A stretch of DNA of 64,000 bases from Armatimonadia bacterium (lineage in GTDB: Bacteria; Armatimonadota; Zipacnadia; Zipacnadales; UBA11051), in assembly GCA_039683575.1 (NCBI GenBank), contig JBDKRC010000137.1, forward strand, positions 23,704 to 87,703. The letters run 5' to 3'. Each line of letters opens with the position of its first letter. Within the stretch, counting starts at the first letter, position 1. The notes beneath the pieces were generated by a model. The model was not told where the DNA came from and did no database searches. It saw nothing but the letters and a program-made list of their open reading frames with translations. The position numbers were made by a program, and so were the translations under genes. Shown here in pieces: positions 63,876-64,000 of the stretch.

Positions 63876-64000
63876 CTGATATTTCGCACTTTGACAATTG
63901 GTCTTCCTCTAGGCTGCTCACGCTTGCGGCTACAGGCTTAGCAGGTGGTCGGGGTCGGGTAGGCCCAGGGCCTGGATGATGTCTCGTTGCTGCTCGGTCA
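63876..64000 (-). mobile_element. Probable right end of an IS1634-like insertion sequence
   Basis: Minus-strand C-terminus TEQQRDIIQALGLPDPDHLLSL* (stop 63930), followed by candidate end GTGCGAAATATCAG. Confidence 0.45.

Overview
High-GC bacterial chromosomal window. An Armatimonadota-like origin is inferred from the DUF1559/H-X9-DG pilin-like gene, the SLH-porin and the many secreted glycan enzymes. Left to right it holds: a partial copA with copZ; an HspR/HAIR-controlled heat-shock operon (dnaK, two hsp20, orphan, dnaJ, hspR, three DUF2007-like genes, a ClpC-type ATPase; no grpE); a cluster of secreted glycan-processing enzymes; an SLH/collagen/porin envelope protein; housekeeping genes (ftsB-like, eno, ppdK, yabO, mazG, prsA); a stripped-down flagellar-type III export cluster; yebC; a heparinase II/III-like locus; trpB with a Trp leader attenuator; and the end of a probable IS1634-like element. 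The best candidate for a new system is 37.1-50.8 kb. It encodes a miniature FliF-FliG fusion, FliH/I/J, FliM/N, FliO/P/Q/R, an FlhB without its NPTH switch domain, FlhA and FliA, with no rod, hook, filament or stator genes in the cluster. Next to it lies a degenerate-kinase/receiver/HD-GYP module with a sigma28-like promoter. Four homopolymer frameshifts look like sequencing errors. All calls come from manual motif recognition; no searches were run.
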